A stretch of 64,000 bases of DNA, from contig JADEYG010000005.1 of the NCBI GenBank assembly GCA_016906335.1, forward strand, positions 310,001-374,000. Direction: 5' to 3'. The DNA is from Novakomyces olei (lineage: Eukaryota). Shown here piece by piece: positions 37,360 through 50,925 of the stretch. Below the pieces are notes generated by a model. It saw only the letters and a program-made list of their open reading frames with translations. It ran no database searches and was not told the origin of the DNA. How positions within the stretch are numbered: position 1 is the first letter of the stretch; the number at the start of each line of letters is the position of its first letter. A program made the position numbers and the translations under genes.

Positions 37360-38260
37360 TTACATAATAACACAGCACGAATTTTGCTTCTTTGCAGTTT
37401 TGTAAAACATTCTTGATTGAGCAGACAAATCGTCGCTGCGCTGAACGAGGTCGTCCAGTTTTTCTCCACGTTTCAATAACTGATCAATCGATTTGTGCAG
37501 AATTTGTTTTGTCTCGTCTAAATCCTGCTGTACGCGCATGATTGTATCCGCCTGACGAGGATCCTGGTAGCGTGTAATGTACTGATCAAGTTCGGTGAAG
37601 GGCAGCGTTTGACCCTCGTGCAACCCCTCCCATTTTGGTCGTGGGTACTTGACGAGAAACTCGTCAAGTATCTTTGAGATAAGGGTGTGAGCCACTCTCA
37701 TGGGATACTCCTTGTCGCTTATAATGACGGCACATAAGCCTTCGGGACGTGTGTAGCAATGGAACACATAGTCTGACGATTAGTCAGAGATCAATGGGTA
37801 TTGAAATTTAAACAAATCTCTCAAGGCAATGTTATCAATTTGACTTTTGGAAAACAAAACTCAAGAAATGAAGGGGAAGATCAAAGAAAAGATAAAAAGA
37901 AAATAGAAACATGTTCAATCGTTAAAACAAGCCGTTTAAATGCATAAAAAATAAATGATGTTTTTTCGCAACAAAAAAAAGATCACCAAACAAACGAGTG
38001 TACAAAGTCCTTTACCTGCTTGCTCAATATCCTGGCGCTGGCCAAGGGCAGTGCGCTCGGCTACTGTCTTTGTGAAAAAGGTCATAAACTCTCCAATGCT
38101 GGTGGATTAAATGTTAGCTAAATCAAAGCCAAACGGAACGAAGAGATACGTACGAAGAGCGTTGAAAGTATCCAAACTGAGATAAATCTTTGACACTCGC
38201 AAGCTCGAGAGCTGGTGTGCCCGGAATAGCGCGAACGATAGCGATACTGTGTAACTTCAT
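37360..38260 (-). CDS. YKT6: Longin R-SNARE Ykt6
   Basis: Introns 38099-38153 and 37773-38015. [16 protein letters not shown] longin domain, [24 protein letters not shown]. Confidence 0.97.
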
Positions 38261-38775
38261 AGCGTCCACGCTCCTGCTCGCAAACGCTGTAGCGAATAAT
38301 AACCAAAAATCGATTAGAAAAACAGAGGAAAAAGCAAAGGCAAACTCTAGAGTCCTTTCTATTCCGAATGTACAGAAGAGTGCAGATGCTCGTCCTTAAT
38401 ATATATGGTGACGACACGTCCGCGCAGCTATGAATACTCTGCGCAAACGGCCGCACTATATAACGAACCGTGTGCGACCCAGCAAACTAAAGATCTGGCG
38501 GCAGTGTTACTTGTTATAGAACAGTACAGCTCTTGGATACAATATTCAATAGGTATAAATAATATGTAATGTAATGGGTAGAACGCTTGGCGACTGACGC
38601 TCCTTCTCGTTTGGTTATTCTCGCAAGTAACTGGCACTGCCAGTTATATTCACGTCTTCCCGAGATTATATATATGAGACACGCATGGTAGTTTTCAAGT
38701 ATTGCACCGGTTATCATACGCATTTTAAGGAGAAAAGCGGCGCTAAAAGGGACTGTCAGACGATGATTTAAAATA

Positions 38776-38816
<41 letters not shown>

Positions 38817-38865
38817 TTTGGCTCTTTTGATCCTTTTCAATTGCATCATACCGGTACCTTTCGTG

Positions 38866-39696
38866 ATGGTAGCAAGATTAGGGTTTAATGAGCTCGTGGA
38901 TGAGATCAAGCGCCAACTGGCTCAGAGTTCAAATAACAGTACGCGCACAGACGCGGCAGTAGTGGACATTGAGCCCGTCTTGGCGACACTTCGGGAGTAC
39001 GTGTCCGAGGAGCGCGAGTGGGCGCGGTACGCTTTATCGGATCCAGTGCGCAATTATACCCGCAATTTTGTGGACGATGTGAATGGCAGTGCTAATCTGC
39101 TGGTGCTTGTATGGAACCCGGGCAAGCAATCCGTTATCCACGACCACAGCAACGCACAGTAGGCCACTCGTCCGCTTCTAGTTTATTCGCAGAATATTTG
39201 GCTAACGAATGCAGCTGCGCCATGAAGGTACTTAAAGGCTCACTGCAGGAGATTCAATATGAATGGCCTCCTGGCAGTAAAAGCATACATGTCGACGGCA
39301 GCGATGAAAGAGTTGATGAGCTTCGGCACGAGGAGGAGAGCATTGCTGCTCAAAAACAGACAGATTCTACCATGACCATAACGAAACAAACTAGATTAAA
39401 TGTGAATGATGTTGGATACATTAGCGGTAAGAAGCGTGCGGGCCATCTACTTGCTGATTATAGATAAAATTGGGTTGCATCGAATAAGGAACGTGTCTAC
39501 CACAGAGCCAGCCGTTTCTCTTCATCTCTATACGCCTCCATGGACGGCCAAGTGTGAGTAAAATATGGGTTTGGAAGGTGTATTAGCTAACGGAAAAGTT
39601 GGGTTTCAAATATTTGACGAAACAACGGGGAAGCATAGGTTTTGTAAGCAAGATCCTTGCTACTCCGTAAAGGGCGTGCTGTCTCAAAAGTCATAA
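38866..39696 (+). CDS. CDO1: Cysteine dioxygenase
   Basis: Introns 39159-39214, 39427-39463, 39554-39598. Motifs [26 protein letters not shown] supply the His triad and the Cys-Tyr cross-link residues. Confidence 0.93.
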
Positions 39697-40415
39697 ACTA
39701 AAGAGATCATAATATACATAGATCATAGTATATAGATCGCTGTAAGCCATTTTGTCTACCTTTATTGCTCCCTTTTTTTTGTGGTGTCGCATCATAGAGA
39801 TCTCATTCAGTGTTCAATATAGTTTCATTTTACTTCATTCCTCGATTATTGCTACTTGTTGATCTTTTTGATTTCTAGTCAATTGAAATATTTATTTTCC
39901 GCAAAATAGGATTATTACTTTATATACATCCTTATCTATTGATCTTCAAAATCTTGAGCTAAATTATAGCTTGCCAAGATCGCTCTTGTGCCCTGAATTT
40001 GGTTGGTCATCAACCTGTCAGATTTATTATAATAATATCGCAGTTATAATAACCACTGTGTTTGTAATTACTGCGCTTACATCTTTTAATCGCTAAAGTA
40101 TCCTGGTCGCAGGACACTTGAAGACTTGCACTTGCCCTCTTCCTGATGTAATTAGTCTCCAGTCCAATATTCCTTCCTAATAAATTTATAGTTTGCAAGT
40201 GCACCATACGTTTTATGATATACTGTTATTATAGATCTCAACATTCTATTTTAACACACACCCTTTCAACAAAAAATTCTCCACGCTTTTTCATACTGGT
40301 TTTTGAAAATTATAAAAACTGAAAAAAACTAAGAATGAATTCATTCTAATTTTTTCAAATATATACATTTATATATTTAATTGCTCATAGATTGAGATTC
40401 TCCCGTCTGCAAAAG

Positions 40416-42342
40416 TTAAGCAGGAGAGTCAGATTTCGCAGACTTAATTTCATCCTCATAAGAGTAAGCATATTTCGAGTAGCGTCGAACGGCCTCGCCC
40501 TTGAAGTAGAAGAAATAGGGAATCGCACAGCAAGCGAGTGTGATAAAAGCAATCAATGAAGTAGCCCATTGATCACCCAAGCGATGGTACATTTGTATGG
40601 TAAAGAGCACGACTCCAGCGCCCCATAAACTCCTTAGAAAAGTCTTTGCCGCCAAAGCAGAGGCTGCATAATGCTGGTACGAATCCACAATGTAATTGTT
40701 TGCACAGTTATATAGAAGGATAAAGCCAGTACCGCATGGCAATGCTCCAAATGCAGGTCCAGCCCAGCTAATACGATGGTAAGAAGACCAGGCAAAAATG
40801 AAAAGCCCAGCCGGAACTAACCAGCAAGCGTACATCATGGGTATCAGCCTTTGCTCTGGTGGAGGTCGCCCATTGAATCGCTCACACGCTTTCAAGTATT
40901 GAGTATTGATAACCGGGGCAAGAGCCGCACCAATCACAGTGCCTCCGGCGATTGGCAAGAACATGAGGCCCGTAATACCAGCACTGAAGCCCTTGCCTTC
41001 CGCAAATACGACGGGGAAAGCGAAGAAAAACATGTACAAGCATCCGTAGAGGACCGACATGTATACCGAAACGAGGAGTACGATTGGTTCTCGGAAAAGG
41101 AGAATCAATGGCCGTGAAAGAGAAACCTTAAGATTCTCGCCCAGTGACTTTCTGTGCAGCTCATAATGGCTACGATAAGATTGATCTCCCGTTTCCTTGC
41201 GTAAGCGACGTGCTCTGCGTGTAAGAATGACAGGCGCTAAAGTTTCTGGCGTGCAAATAATGAGAACCCAGCAGACAAACGTGAAAATAGTCAGGACCCA
41301 ATAGATCCAGCGCCAGGCCGATGCATAACGTGACAAATGGGGCCCAATTCCAGTAGCGATCCAGCCACCTACAAGCGGACCCAAGCTGGGACCGAGGAAG
41401 GGCATCAGGGAGAAAAAGGCCATTGCTTTGCCTCGTTCATGGTGCGCCCACATATCACTCAAAGTACCGCCTACCAGAGTCATCGGTGCTAATTGTTATA
41501 TTAGCCCACGTAAGAAAACAAATAAAACTTGGAAAACGATAAAGAAATATGTGTATTAACATAACAAGTAATGCACGAGCCATCTGCAGTTTTATCTAAT
41601 TCGCTTATTACATGTACGATTTTCAAGTAATACAGGGGCTATCAAGATGGTAAAGGATTTTTAAAAATACAGGTTGAAATGCGAAAAAAAAAAATAATAA
41701 CAACAATAAATAACGACAATAATATTACCTGAAAGGGCAAGACCGTCTACCGCGCGCATGGCGATAAGGCCACCAACATTTGGCGACAGAGCACAGCCAA
41801 TATTAAATACGAATCCAATACCATACGTTAAAATATAAATAGGGCGACGACCGAATATTTCACTAAAAGTTTGTCAGTATATTGCTCAATCTTAGATAAT
41901 AATGTATCTCTTTTTTATCTTTTAAATCTTTCTTCTTTATTTTTTTTTGGTACCTTAAAGGCGAAAACGCTAATGGTCCAACGCCAAATCCGACGACGAA
42001 AACGGTGATTGTAAGAATTATAACTTCCGAGGAGACATGAAACTCCCGAGCAGGTCCATCAATATCGCCAGTAACAATGGCGGAAGCCATTGCGACGGAA
42101 AAGCAAAGCACAGCGACACTGACCGTTACGAACCATTTTCGCGCGTAGGAAAAGTTGAGAGGATTTTCAGGGTCATCGGGTGCAAATTCAACAATTTTCC
42201 ATTCTTTTGTCTCCTCTACCGTAGGTGGCACGTCGTAGTCTTGCTCGTCTTGCGTTGGGAACGCGGCATCGTAGTCTGGGTGCTCGTCTGGACGCGACCG
42301 ATATTGCTCCAGGTTATGTTGGCCTGAGACAGGGCGCTCCAT
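40416..42342 (-). CDS. MFS drug:H+ antiporter (DHA1 family)
   Basis: Introns 41863-41953 and 41489-41728. Motifs [40 protein letters not shown]. Confidence 0.93.
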
Positions 42343-43049
42343 TGCTCAAGCTGTAACACTCGTCTTGTGAAATCAAATTGTCAAATTGCACAAAAAATAA
42401 AGGAAGAGGCCCAAAAGCCAAAAAGAAGAAGCACAGGTTCGTGAAAGCTTGAAGAGTCTCTCATTTCTCCACGAAGCGCGTCTATTTGTATCGCTGCCAT
42501 GTGCGGGAATACAACGGAAATAAACCGGCTCTGCGCTTTACGTTACTTGTGCGCTCATACCCACCCCGGCTGACAGCAGTGTTGCTTATTTCGCTTGTTC
42601 GCGAGCAAGAAAATATTATGTAATAAAACGAATACTTTAATAGAAAAAATTATTATTTGTACAGGGCTTTCTATATAGAAACCTCAGTATAAAACACATG
42701 AAGGGTGCGCTAGAAACAAAGAAATGGAACATTATAGCCACCGCTATATACAATGTCTGTAGGAAGTAATGTAATTTAAAATCTGTGATATACTATAAAA
42801 TCCATAATGTAATATAAAAACCGTGATCCATGTACCCTTCTGCTCTAGTATACAATAAACCCTAGCCCATAATCCTGACAAAAATCCAGTTCAAATTTGT
42901 ACGAAGCTACACTACAAAGACGTATAGCAGCGTAAAAGCCTAGGGTCGCGTATAATATAGCATCGGCAGCTTTGACCAAGCCCTTTGCCAATCAATTGCG
43001 ACACAAATCGAGGGCTATGGATACTGCTTAAGACACTAATTTATCATTA

Positions 43050-43847
43050 ATGGCACAGAGCGAGCGCTTGGGCGATCCTGAACCCGTCGTCAGTAATGGA
43101 AGCGATGACGAGGACGATCTATTCACGTCTTTGCGGGCTCTGCGCCCTCTTTCACGTCACACTGACCAAGCAAGGCTGATGGCGGCAGGTTCAGACTTTG
43201 ATGCCGACACATTTTTAGCGGAGAGCGGGAAGCTTTCTACGCTAACAGACCTTGCTGTTGCCCTTCGCTCCTGGTCGGCAGAGCTGGAATCAGAGCTGGT
43301 GGAGTCAATTCATAACGACTATGGAGAGTATTTGAAACTGGGCCAGCAGTTGAATAGGGGAGGACCTGATGTACAAAAGCTGCAGCATGGGTTGCAGGAG
43401 ATAGGCAACGAGATCAAACTACTGCAAAGTGCCTTGGGATCGCGATCTGCTCATATAAACCGGCTCGTTATGCAACGAGAACAGATTTACAGGAAACAAA
43501 AACTGGCCCAGGACGTGTTGGCTCTAGAACGCACGATTAGCACGTTGGAAAAGTTTACTCTGGAATCAAGCTCGATCCCGATGAGTATCGTGGTGGACGA
43601 ATACATTGAGCTTATTACGTTTCGTGTGCCTGCTATACCGGAAGCACATCCGATCTTACACCGTCTCCTGTCGCGTATAGAGTACGTGCAAAGCAGCGTT
43701 TGTGCTCGCTTGGAAGCAGAGGCTGAGTACGCGAGACAAGGCGGCGATAAGGCTCTGCTGCTCGAAGTATTGGGGAACTTTGGCAAGTGCGGGTTACAGG
43801 CAGCGGGCCTGCGTGTAGCCAAGCAGTATACTGCGGACATTGAGTAA
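43050..43847 (+). CDS. COG2: Conserved oligomeric Golgi complex subunit 2-like
   Basis: FDADTFL..LTDL..L..L..ELVESIHNDYGEYLKLG pattern typical of the COG2 N-terminal domain. Confidence 0.75.
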   Translation: MAQSERLGDPEPVVSNGSDDEDDLFTSLRALRPLSRHTDQARLMAAGSDFDADTFLAESGKLSTLTDLAVALRSWSAELESELVESIHNDYGEYLKLGQQLNRGGPDVQKLQHGLQEIGNEIKLLQSALGSRSAHINRLVMQREQIYRKQKLAQDVLALERTISTLEKFTLESSSIPMSIVVDEYIELITFRVPAIPEAHPILHRLLSRIEYVQSSVCARLEAEAEYARQGGDKALLLEVLGNFGKCGLQAAGLRVAKQYTADIE

Positions 43848-43921
43848 TGCTTGGAATGGTGAACAAAAGTATGTGGACATCAACGATGGCCCAACGGGCT
43901 GTCCATTATTCAGCGCAAAAG

Positions 43922-44001
43922 TTCTTTATTCAGAACAATAATTCTTTATTCAGAACAATAATTCTTTATTCAGAACAATAATTCTTTATTCAGTGCAATA
44001 A
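43922..44001. repeat. 20-bp tandem repeat x4 (TTCTTTATTCAGAACAATAA) between convergent COG2 and CWH41
   Basis: Three exact copies and one variant. Confidence 0.95.
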
Positions 44002-44031
44002 CTAGTTGTTGAGAAAAATATTTGTATATAT

Positions 44032-45215
44032 CTAGTAGACTTCCGCCATGATATTGACAACGAGACTGGTCCAGCCGGTGAAAGCCTTGGTGCGCTGGCC
44101 ATTACCGTACTCGTCATCGTACTGCTCCCAAATGATACCCGTGCGCTGCCATTCGTTGAAGACAGTATTGATTATATTGTCTCGCAGCTCAGTATACACG
44201 GTCTGAGCCAGTTTCTGGTTGGGCCCAGGCTTTTGGATGTAGTTCTTGTACAGCGAAGCCAGGGCCAGATAATTCATGTTCACCCACACTGGACCACGCC
44301 AGTAGTTTTCGTCTGTATGGTAAACACTATCCGACCGGGACAGACTGCGCAAGCCGAACGGCGACCAGAGCCGATCAGGGTCATGCATTTGCTCCAGTAC
44401 GGAGCGCAGGCGTGGAGAGTCAAAGGGGATCAGCCCGAGAGAAAGAGGCAGAATCGTTACATAGCCAGCATGGCAAGCAAAATAGCTTTCGTCACTGCTT
44501 TCATCTACCCCAACATCACAGAACGAAGCATCCGCCTCGCTCCAATGCAAATCTACCAAGTTCTGCAGTATATCCTCCTCATCCCGAGCGTACTCCTGAG
44601 CATCTTGTGTCCGGTTCAGGTACTCGGCAACTTGCTTTAAATTGCGTACAAAGAAACCCATCCAGCTCATCAGATCTACATGCAATTCTCCCGGGCTCGG
44701 AGGCTGAGCTCGGGGATAATCGTCGAGTCCGCTTGTCAGACAATGCGTCAGTGACCGGCCTCGCCAACGGTAAGCCTGTGTCTTTGAGTGGGCGTGGCGA
44801 TCGTACTCGCGTATAAAGCCATACTGCGTTTCCCGGAACCAGTTGTAGTGCCTTTGGAAAAGAGGGTACATGGTTTCGAGGTAGTGCCTGGCCAGAGCCG
44901 GATTCGATAAATGAGCAGACCGTAACTGCTCAATACTCGAGGCACCACCAAGCGACTGATCGCCCTCATTGGCTACCGCCGGCATAGAGCCCAGTGAGTG
45001 TTTCTTTAATCGCTCAATATAATCCGTCAGTGCCATTATCAATGTAGGCGGGTTCGCATAGTGCGGATATTGAATTTGGAATTCAGCGGGCACTTTTGAT
45101 CGGGCTTCCTCACCCAGAATTTGTTCACGGCCGATCCATCCATTTTCGTCCATCAAAAGGAACCAGCTTTGTAGAATTTCCAGACTGTAGCAGGTATTAG
45201 AACATGGACAAAGAG

Positions 45216-45282
<67 letters not shown>

Positions 45283-46989
45283 AATGTATAAAGATACAAA
45301 TGTACACAATTCGAAACATTTATCTAGTATGTAAAAATGACTTGAGAATATAGGTCAAAAAAAACAGACAGACAAAAAGAATTAAACAAAGTATCATATC
45401 AATCAAGAAACTAGAAAATAATGCTAACCTTAGGTCATTGTCCCACTGTCCAATCAGCGCGAGATGAAAGCCCTCGTCCCAATAGAACCCACGTGGAAAA
45501 AAGGGCCGACTTGGTATTGCGGAAAACAATTCGTGCGGAGGTTCTATATTAACTCCGCTTCGTGCCGAGAGTAACCGCTGCGTGGCCTCCCAAAATCCTT
45601 CGTCCAGTTCATCAAACTCAACGGCGTTTGAGCGGTCGACGACAGAATCACCGTAAAAGTACCCAATTCCACCCAGTAAGTTTGAAAGCAGTTGCTTTGC
45701 AAAACTCTTGTGCTTGTCACTGTTATAAGGCGCCTTCAACTTAAGGCTCTCAAATTTTGTTTCAAAATCTTCATGATTTTGTTGTAAACAAGCAGTTAAT
45801 GATTCGCTATCTAGTGGGGCCAGAGCGCTTTTGCTGTTGAACAAAATATCAAAGGCAAATTCGCCAGCAAAGGTTTTCTGTAAGAATTGCATATTGCCCT
45901 CACCAATCGCGTTTGGCAGCAGAAACAAATGACTGGCTGGAGGAGGATTGTTGCCCGTCTCCTCCATGATAGTCTTCACACGGCCACCTACGAGCTGCAT
46001 CACGATTTCTGATATATTAGTATCAGTACTTAGAATAAATGTCATGATTAAGAGTTGCTATATGTATTTTATCATCATATACACAAACTTACGCTTTGCC
46101 TTCCAACACGAATCCTCTTGGACTCTTACGGAAGCAAATTGAAACTTATCCAGATCAATGATACTTGCCACAGCGTGTTCAGCCTCAGGCGCTTTGCCAT
46201 TTAGTATATTGAACGCAATTTCAAACTCGCCAATTTCAGGGTCTTTGCCCTGTATTATGGGCGACGCGATTCCCTTTATAGTTAGTAATAATGGTATTTT
46301 ATTTTTAGGATAGTATGTATTCACTCCAGCAGAACGTACACTTGATGATGCGTCACCATTGAGCCCCAGTGATCCGTGGATATTGTCTTCTCCGGCATAA
46401 AAAATTAACGAAATTTTTTGGTCTCTCGCTCCAAGCGGCTCACCCCGTACACGAAGGCCCCAGCTTTTGCCTACCACTTAGATACTTTTTGACGGGATAA
46501 ATGAGAGAAAAGGCATAGTAACCAAGATAAATAAATAAATAACTAACTTCAAATTGCCCAATGCTTACCATCAACAGACTTGTAGAGTTCTGTCTCTAAT
46601 TTGAACCCATTTCCAGTGTCAGTAATACTCTGCTTGCCTCCACGCCGAGCATCATACTCCATCCAGCCATACGCTCCCATATCATCGCCCTGTTCACAAT
46701 CATGACGTAAATCTAGGATTAGCCATTAATACTAACCAATTGAAAACTCACTGCGAAACCCGTTCATGTCTTGCACACTCGCCCACAGGAGACCTGTGAT
46801 AAGGGAGTCTGGTTTGCGTGGTCTTAGGCCAACGTACAAGTTTGGTCGGTACGGTCCCCATAGTAAAGAGTCGTTGGCCTCCTTTGTTAACCATTGCAAA
46901 GATGATGATGAAGCAATGTCGGGTGAGGCAGTAGCAGTGCCAATGCCACTTAGCGCAATGCCTGCCAATGCCACAAAGGCGCTCTTCAT
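44032..46989 (-). CDS. CWH41: ER glucosidase I (GH63)
   Basis: Introns 46713-46751, 46471-46568, 46274-46324, 46009-46092, 45185-45428. Motifs LLWGPYRPNLY, PSRPFFPRGFYWDEGFH, GWIGREQILGEEAR, LTSGLDDYPR, YWRGPVW, FTGWTSL. Confidence 0.96.
45216..45283. repeat. (AAAG)n microsatellite in CWH41 intron
   Basis: Perfect GAAA run. Confidence 0.97.
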
Positions 46990-47259
46990 ACTAGAAAAGT
47001 TTCATGTATTGTGGGCAATTTATGGTATATACGCCACGTTACGTATGATATAATAATTGGAGTACTTTTTTAATCAGTTGTATACAATTTTAATACAATA
47101 CTAATATAATACGACAATAATACAACAATAATAATAATGCAACAATAATACAACAACAATATTTTTAATACGACAATATTTTATCGAATACAGCTGCCAC
47201 ATAATATAATACACGAGTTTAAAACCAGGCATAATACCCAGCCAATTGAAGGAGCAACT

Positions 47260-48364
47260 ATGGATCTGGAGCCGCGGTACGGCACGGAGACGTACTCCGC
47301 GCTTAACGATTTTCTTGATGGTAAGCGCTTGCAATTTAGCGTCTACTAATGTGGCAAAAGCAATCGAGGCGCTACCAACAGATCTGGTCAGGTACTTTAC
47401 GCTGCTTCGTGAAGTTGACGCGAAATCTTCAGGTATGCTTGTCTGTTACGCTTAACCCTCTCGTCTAATCGTGCAAGATCTTCAATCAGTGCTCGTAACA
47501 GAGATCGACAAGTTTTTCGTGAATGACAAATCGTCCGACGAAGAAGCGAAATCTCACGCTCTAAAGAACATTCGGCAATTGCTCATGCACTCTTTACCGT
47601 GTGCAGACGAAAAAGTATCCGTGGCCTCACAGACAGCAGATCTGGCGGAAAAGCTACTTGTGCGTATCGAGTCAGATATGTCAAAGACTGAGGATTTTGA
47701 AATACCCAAAGAGATTCTGACTGGGGACCCGGATCACCCTGCACTCAAGGGCTCTGATACTACTGCCAACGGCCATGGCGGCGCTGTTACACGAGCAGAG
47801 GCGCGTAAGGAAGCTGCGGCTGCTCAAAGACGGGACCACGCGGCACGTGCTCGGGAAGGTTCTACGCCGGTGAAAAGGCGAAGGGTCGGGAACGCTGTGG
47901 CTGATGGATCAGCCACCCCTTCACGAAGTGGCACACCTTTGGGAGAAACTGCAGGGAAGAGGCAGGCTACTGCTGGCAATGCTTCTGCTGCTGCTGTTAA
48001 TGCTGCTGCTGCTAATACTACAAGCCGCAGCCGTGGACGTGATACTGCGAGGAAACGCAATCTGGACGAAGGCTCTCCGCAGCCTTCTCCTCACGACGAA
48101 TCGCTCAGCACTTTGGCCACGCCGATTGGCATCGGCAAGGAAATGGCTGGGAAAGACGAAGAAGTGTACTGCTATTGCCGTCAAGTCTCATACGGACAAA
48201 TGATCGGGTGCGATGGGGAAAACTGTACTAGAGAATGGTTTCATTTAGGCTGCATTGGACTCGTTGAACCGCCCAAGGGTCAATGGTACTGTGCAGAGTG
48301 TGCACCGTTACGAAATGCTGTAAAAGCAGAGCCAAAAAAGCGCAGACGCGGCGGTCGGCGGTGA
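47260..48364 (+). CDS. ING-family PHD finger protein (Pho23-like)
   Basis: Introns 47321-47360 and 47433-47477. ING N-domain AIEALPTDLVRYFTLLREVDAK; PHD YCYCRQVSYGQMIGCD..C..EWFHLGC..WYCAEC. Confidence 0.92.
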
Positions 48365-49011
48365 CGTCAATTTTATTTTTCATTTATAATTATTATAGTT
48401 TTTGTTTAATTATAATAGTTTATTGACTAGCTAGGTTGATTAGCTGGGTTGAAAGGATTGAGATGATATACAGCTGAATTGGATTTAGTTCGTTTGCATG
48501 ATAGGCGATGATTGATCGGTATAGCATGACGCAGCGCAAAAGTTGAATAAAATAAGATAATATTTGATACATGGTGGTTTCTTCCCAGAAGAGATGGCGG
48601 TATGAGTTTCATGCAGCGCTACATAGTAGACAACCACGTTGAGCAAAACGTTCCTACAGGGCCCAAACTAAACCCAAATAAAATAATAATGACCCTATTG
48701 AACGGAAATACGTACAGCAGATCGCCTTTAAACTGTAATTAAATAAATAAATAATTAATTGTTAACTAATTATTTATTTATGTTGAAAAATCTCTTACCC
48801 CCTCATATTATCTTTGCTTACGCTCTTCTAAATTCATATACATCTATCGTGCGTGTAAGTTGTTTGACTTTAGTTTTACTGATCTCACCTTAAAAACATG
48901 GCCATATATATATATATATATATATCCCAAACGAACTCTCAGAATGTCTACTGTTCGTCGCTAATTCAATTATTCTACCTTGAGAACTCTGCTCCAATAT
49001 AAGAAACAAAC

Positions 49012-49200
49012 TATTTATTTATTATTTATTATTTATTATTTATTATTTATTATTTATTATTTATTATTTATTATTTATTATTTATTATTTATTATTTATT
49101 ATTTATTATTTATTATTTATTACTTATTTATTACTTATTTATTACTTATTTATTACTTATAGTTTAATTATTATTTAATTAATTATTTAATTAATTAATA
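49012..49200. repeat. (TTATTTA)n heptamer microsatellite / AT tract
   Basis: Reiterated TTATTTA units. Confidence 0.93.
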
Positions 49201-49671
49201 TCAACAAAACTGGATTACCATACTAAATCAGGTCCGCCAAGTAGCGCGGAGCACGCGTCACTCGGAACGCAGTACTTTATCTCCTAATCGAGCAAATTAG
49301 CCAATTCGCTATGTCAGGTGATTTTGCCATTGACTAAACATTTCCGTTCTGTGCGCGGTAATGCGTAACATGACGCAAATCTAAAAGGTTACAGAGTATC
49401 GATCGCAGCAAATAAGTGCAGGAGGAAATGGCGAAGCGTCTCCGAAGATATCCGGATCTGCGTCGGCCTATACATACGTCATTTAGCTATACTGAGTATG
49501 GCAGTTAGAGAGTAAACTATTAGAACAGAGTAAATTAAACAGCGGAACAGAGTGGAACAGGGTGGAACAGAGTAAAAGAGTAACTCGAGTAAAAGAGTAA
49601 TCTGGAGTACGAGTATAAATAGTCGAGGACCCGGCCGCAAGTAACGAATCCTGAGTCAGACTAACCAGAGG

Positions 49672-49731
49672 CAGACTCAACTAAGTCAGATTCAGCTAAG
49701 TCAGACTCAACTAAGTCAGACTCAACTGACT
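49672..49731 (+). repeat. 15-bp tandem repeat x4 (CAGACTCAACTAAGT) between TATA and AAD start
   Basis: Four near-identical units. TATAAAT at 49614, TGAGTCA at 49652. Confidence 0.85.
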
Positions 49732-49782
49732 CGACCAGTCAGATTCAAAAGGCCGTTGTAATCCAATTACACAAGTCTAAAG

Positions 49783-50925
49783 ATGTCGCCCTTTGATCCA
49801 GCACCGCCCCCCAAGACGGAACTCGGGCGGTACAGGATCCTTTCCTCTACGGCCGGTGTCCCCGTGTCGCCTCTTCAGCTGGGCGCTATGAGCATCGGCG
49901 AGGCGTGGTCCGATTTTATGGGCACAATGGACAAGCAGCACTCGTTTGCTCTGCTTGATGCGTTCTACGAGGCAGGTGGCAATTTTATCGACACGGCAAA
50001 TATATACCAGAGTGAGGAGTCTGAGCGTTGGGTCGGCGAGTGGGTCAAAGAGCGTGGCGTCCGTGACCGTGTCGTCCTCTCTACAAAGTACACGTCGCCC
50101 TACCGCACGCACGCGTACGGCCCGGGCCACTCTATCAGCCTCGGCGGCAATAATAGAAGGTCAATGCATTTGAGCGTGGCCGACTCGCTCCGAAAACTGC
50201 AGACCGATTTTATCGATATCCTCTACGTCCATTTCTGGGACTATACGTCATCCATCGAGGAGGTGGTCGACTCACTGCACACGCTTGTTCAGCAGGGCAA
50301 AGTGCTCTACCTCGGAATCTCAGACACGCCCGCTTGGGTCGTAAGCGCGGCCAACTACTATGCCCGTGCTCAGGGCAAAACGCCCTTTAGCGTGTACCAG
50401 GGCAGATGGAATTTGCTAGTACGCGATTTTGAGCGTGAAATTCTGCCCATGGCCCGTCATTTCGGTATGGCTCTTGCCCCGTGGGATGTACTTGGCGGTG
50501 GCCATTTCCAGACGAAAAAGCAGCTGCAGGAGCGTAAAGCGAGGGGTGAAAAGCTGCGGTCATTGGTGACACAGGACCAGACTGAAGCAGAGGCCAAGAT
50601 TAGCGAAGCTCTGGAAAAGGTCGCTGACGAGCACAATGTGGAGATTACTGCCATTGCTCTGGCGTACGTGATGGCAAAGGCGCCCAACGTCTTTCCCATC
50701 GTCGGCGGCCGTAAAATAGAGCACCTGCACGGCAATATCAAGGCGCTCTCTGTGAAACTGACACCGGAGCAGATTGCGTTCCTGGAAAGCGCGGAACCGT
50801 TTAACCCAGGATTCCCTCAGAATTTTATCGGCAATGATCCAAAACTGACGGGCGAACCGGTCACGTACATGCGGCCCGCTGGCCAAATTGATTTCGTAAG
50901 GGATCCTAAACCCGTTGGGTACTAG
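49783..50925 (+). CDS. Aryl-alcohol dehydrogenase / norsolorinic acid reductase-like aldo-keto reductase
   Basis: LGRYRILS..VSPLQLGAMSIG, GGNFIDTANIYQ, IDILYVHFWD, YLGISDTPAWVV. Intronless. Confidence 0.93.
   Translation: MSPFDPAPPPKTELGRYRILSSTAGVPVSPLQLGAMSIGEAWSDFMGTMDKQHSFALLDAFYEAGGNFIDTANIYQSEESERWVGEWVKERGVRDRVVLSTKYTSPYRTHAYGPGHSISLGGNNRRSMHLSVADSLRKLQTDFIDILYVHFWDYTSSIEEVVDSLHTLVQQGKVLYLGISDTPAWVVSAANYYARAQGKTPFSVYQGRWNLLVRDFEREILPMARHFGMALAPWDVLGGGHFQTKKQLQERKARGEKLRSLVTQDQTEAEAKISEALEKVADEHNVEITAIALAYVMAKAPNVFPIVGGRKIEHLHGNIKALSVKLTPEQIAFLESAEPFNPGFPQNFIGNDPKLTGEPVTYMRPAGQIDFVRDPKPVGY

Noticed and set aside
43922-44001. CRISPR-like array
   Set aside because: The repeats are contiguous with no spacers, the context is eukaryotic, and there are no cas genes.
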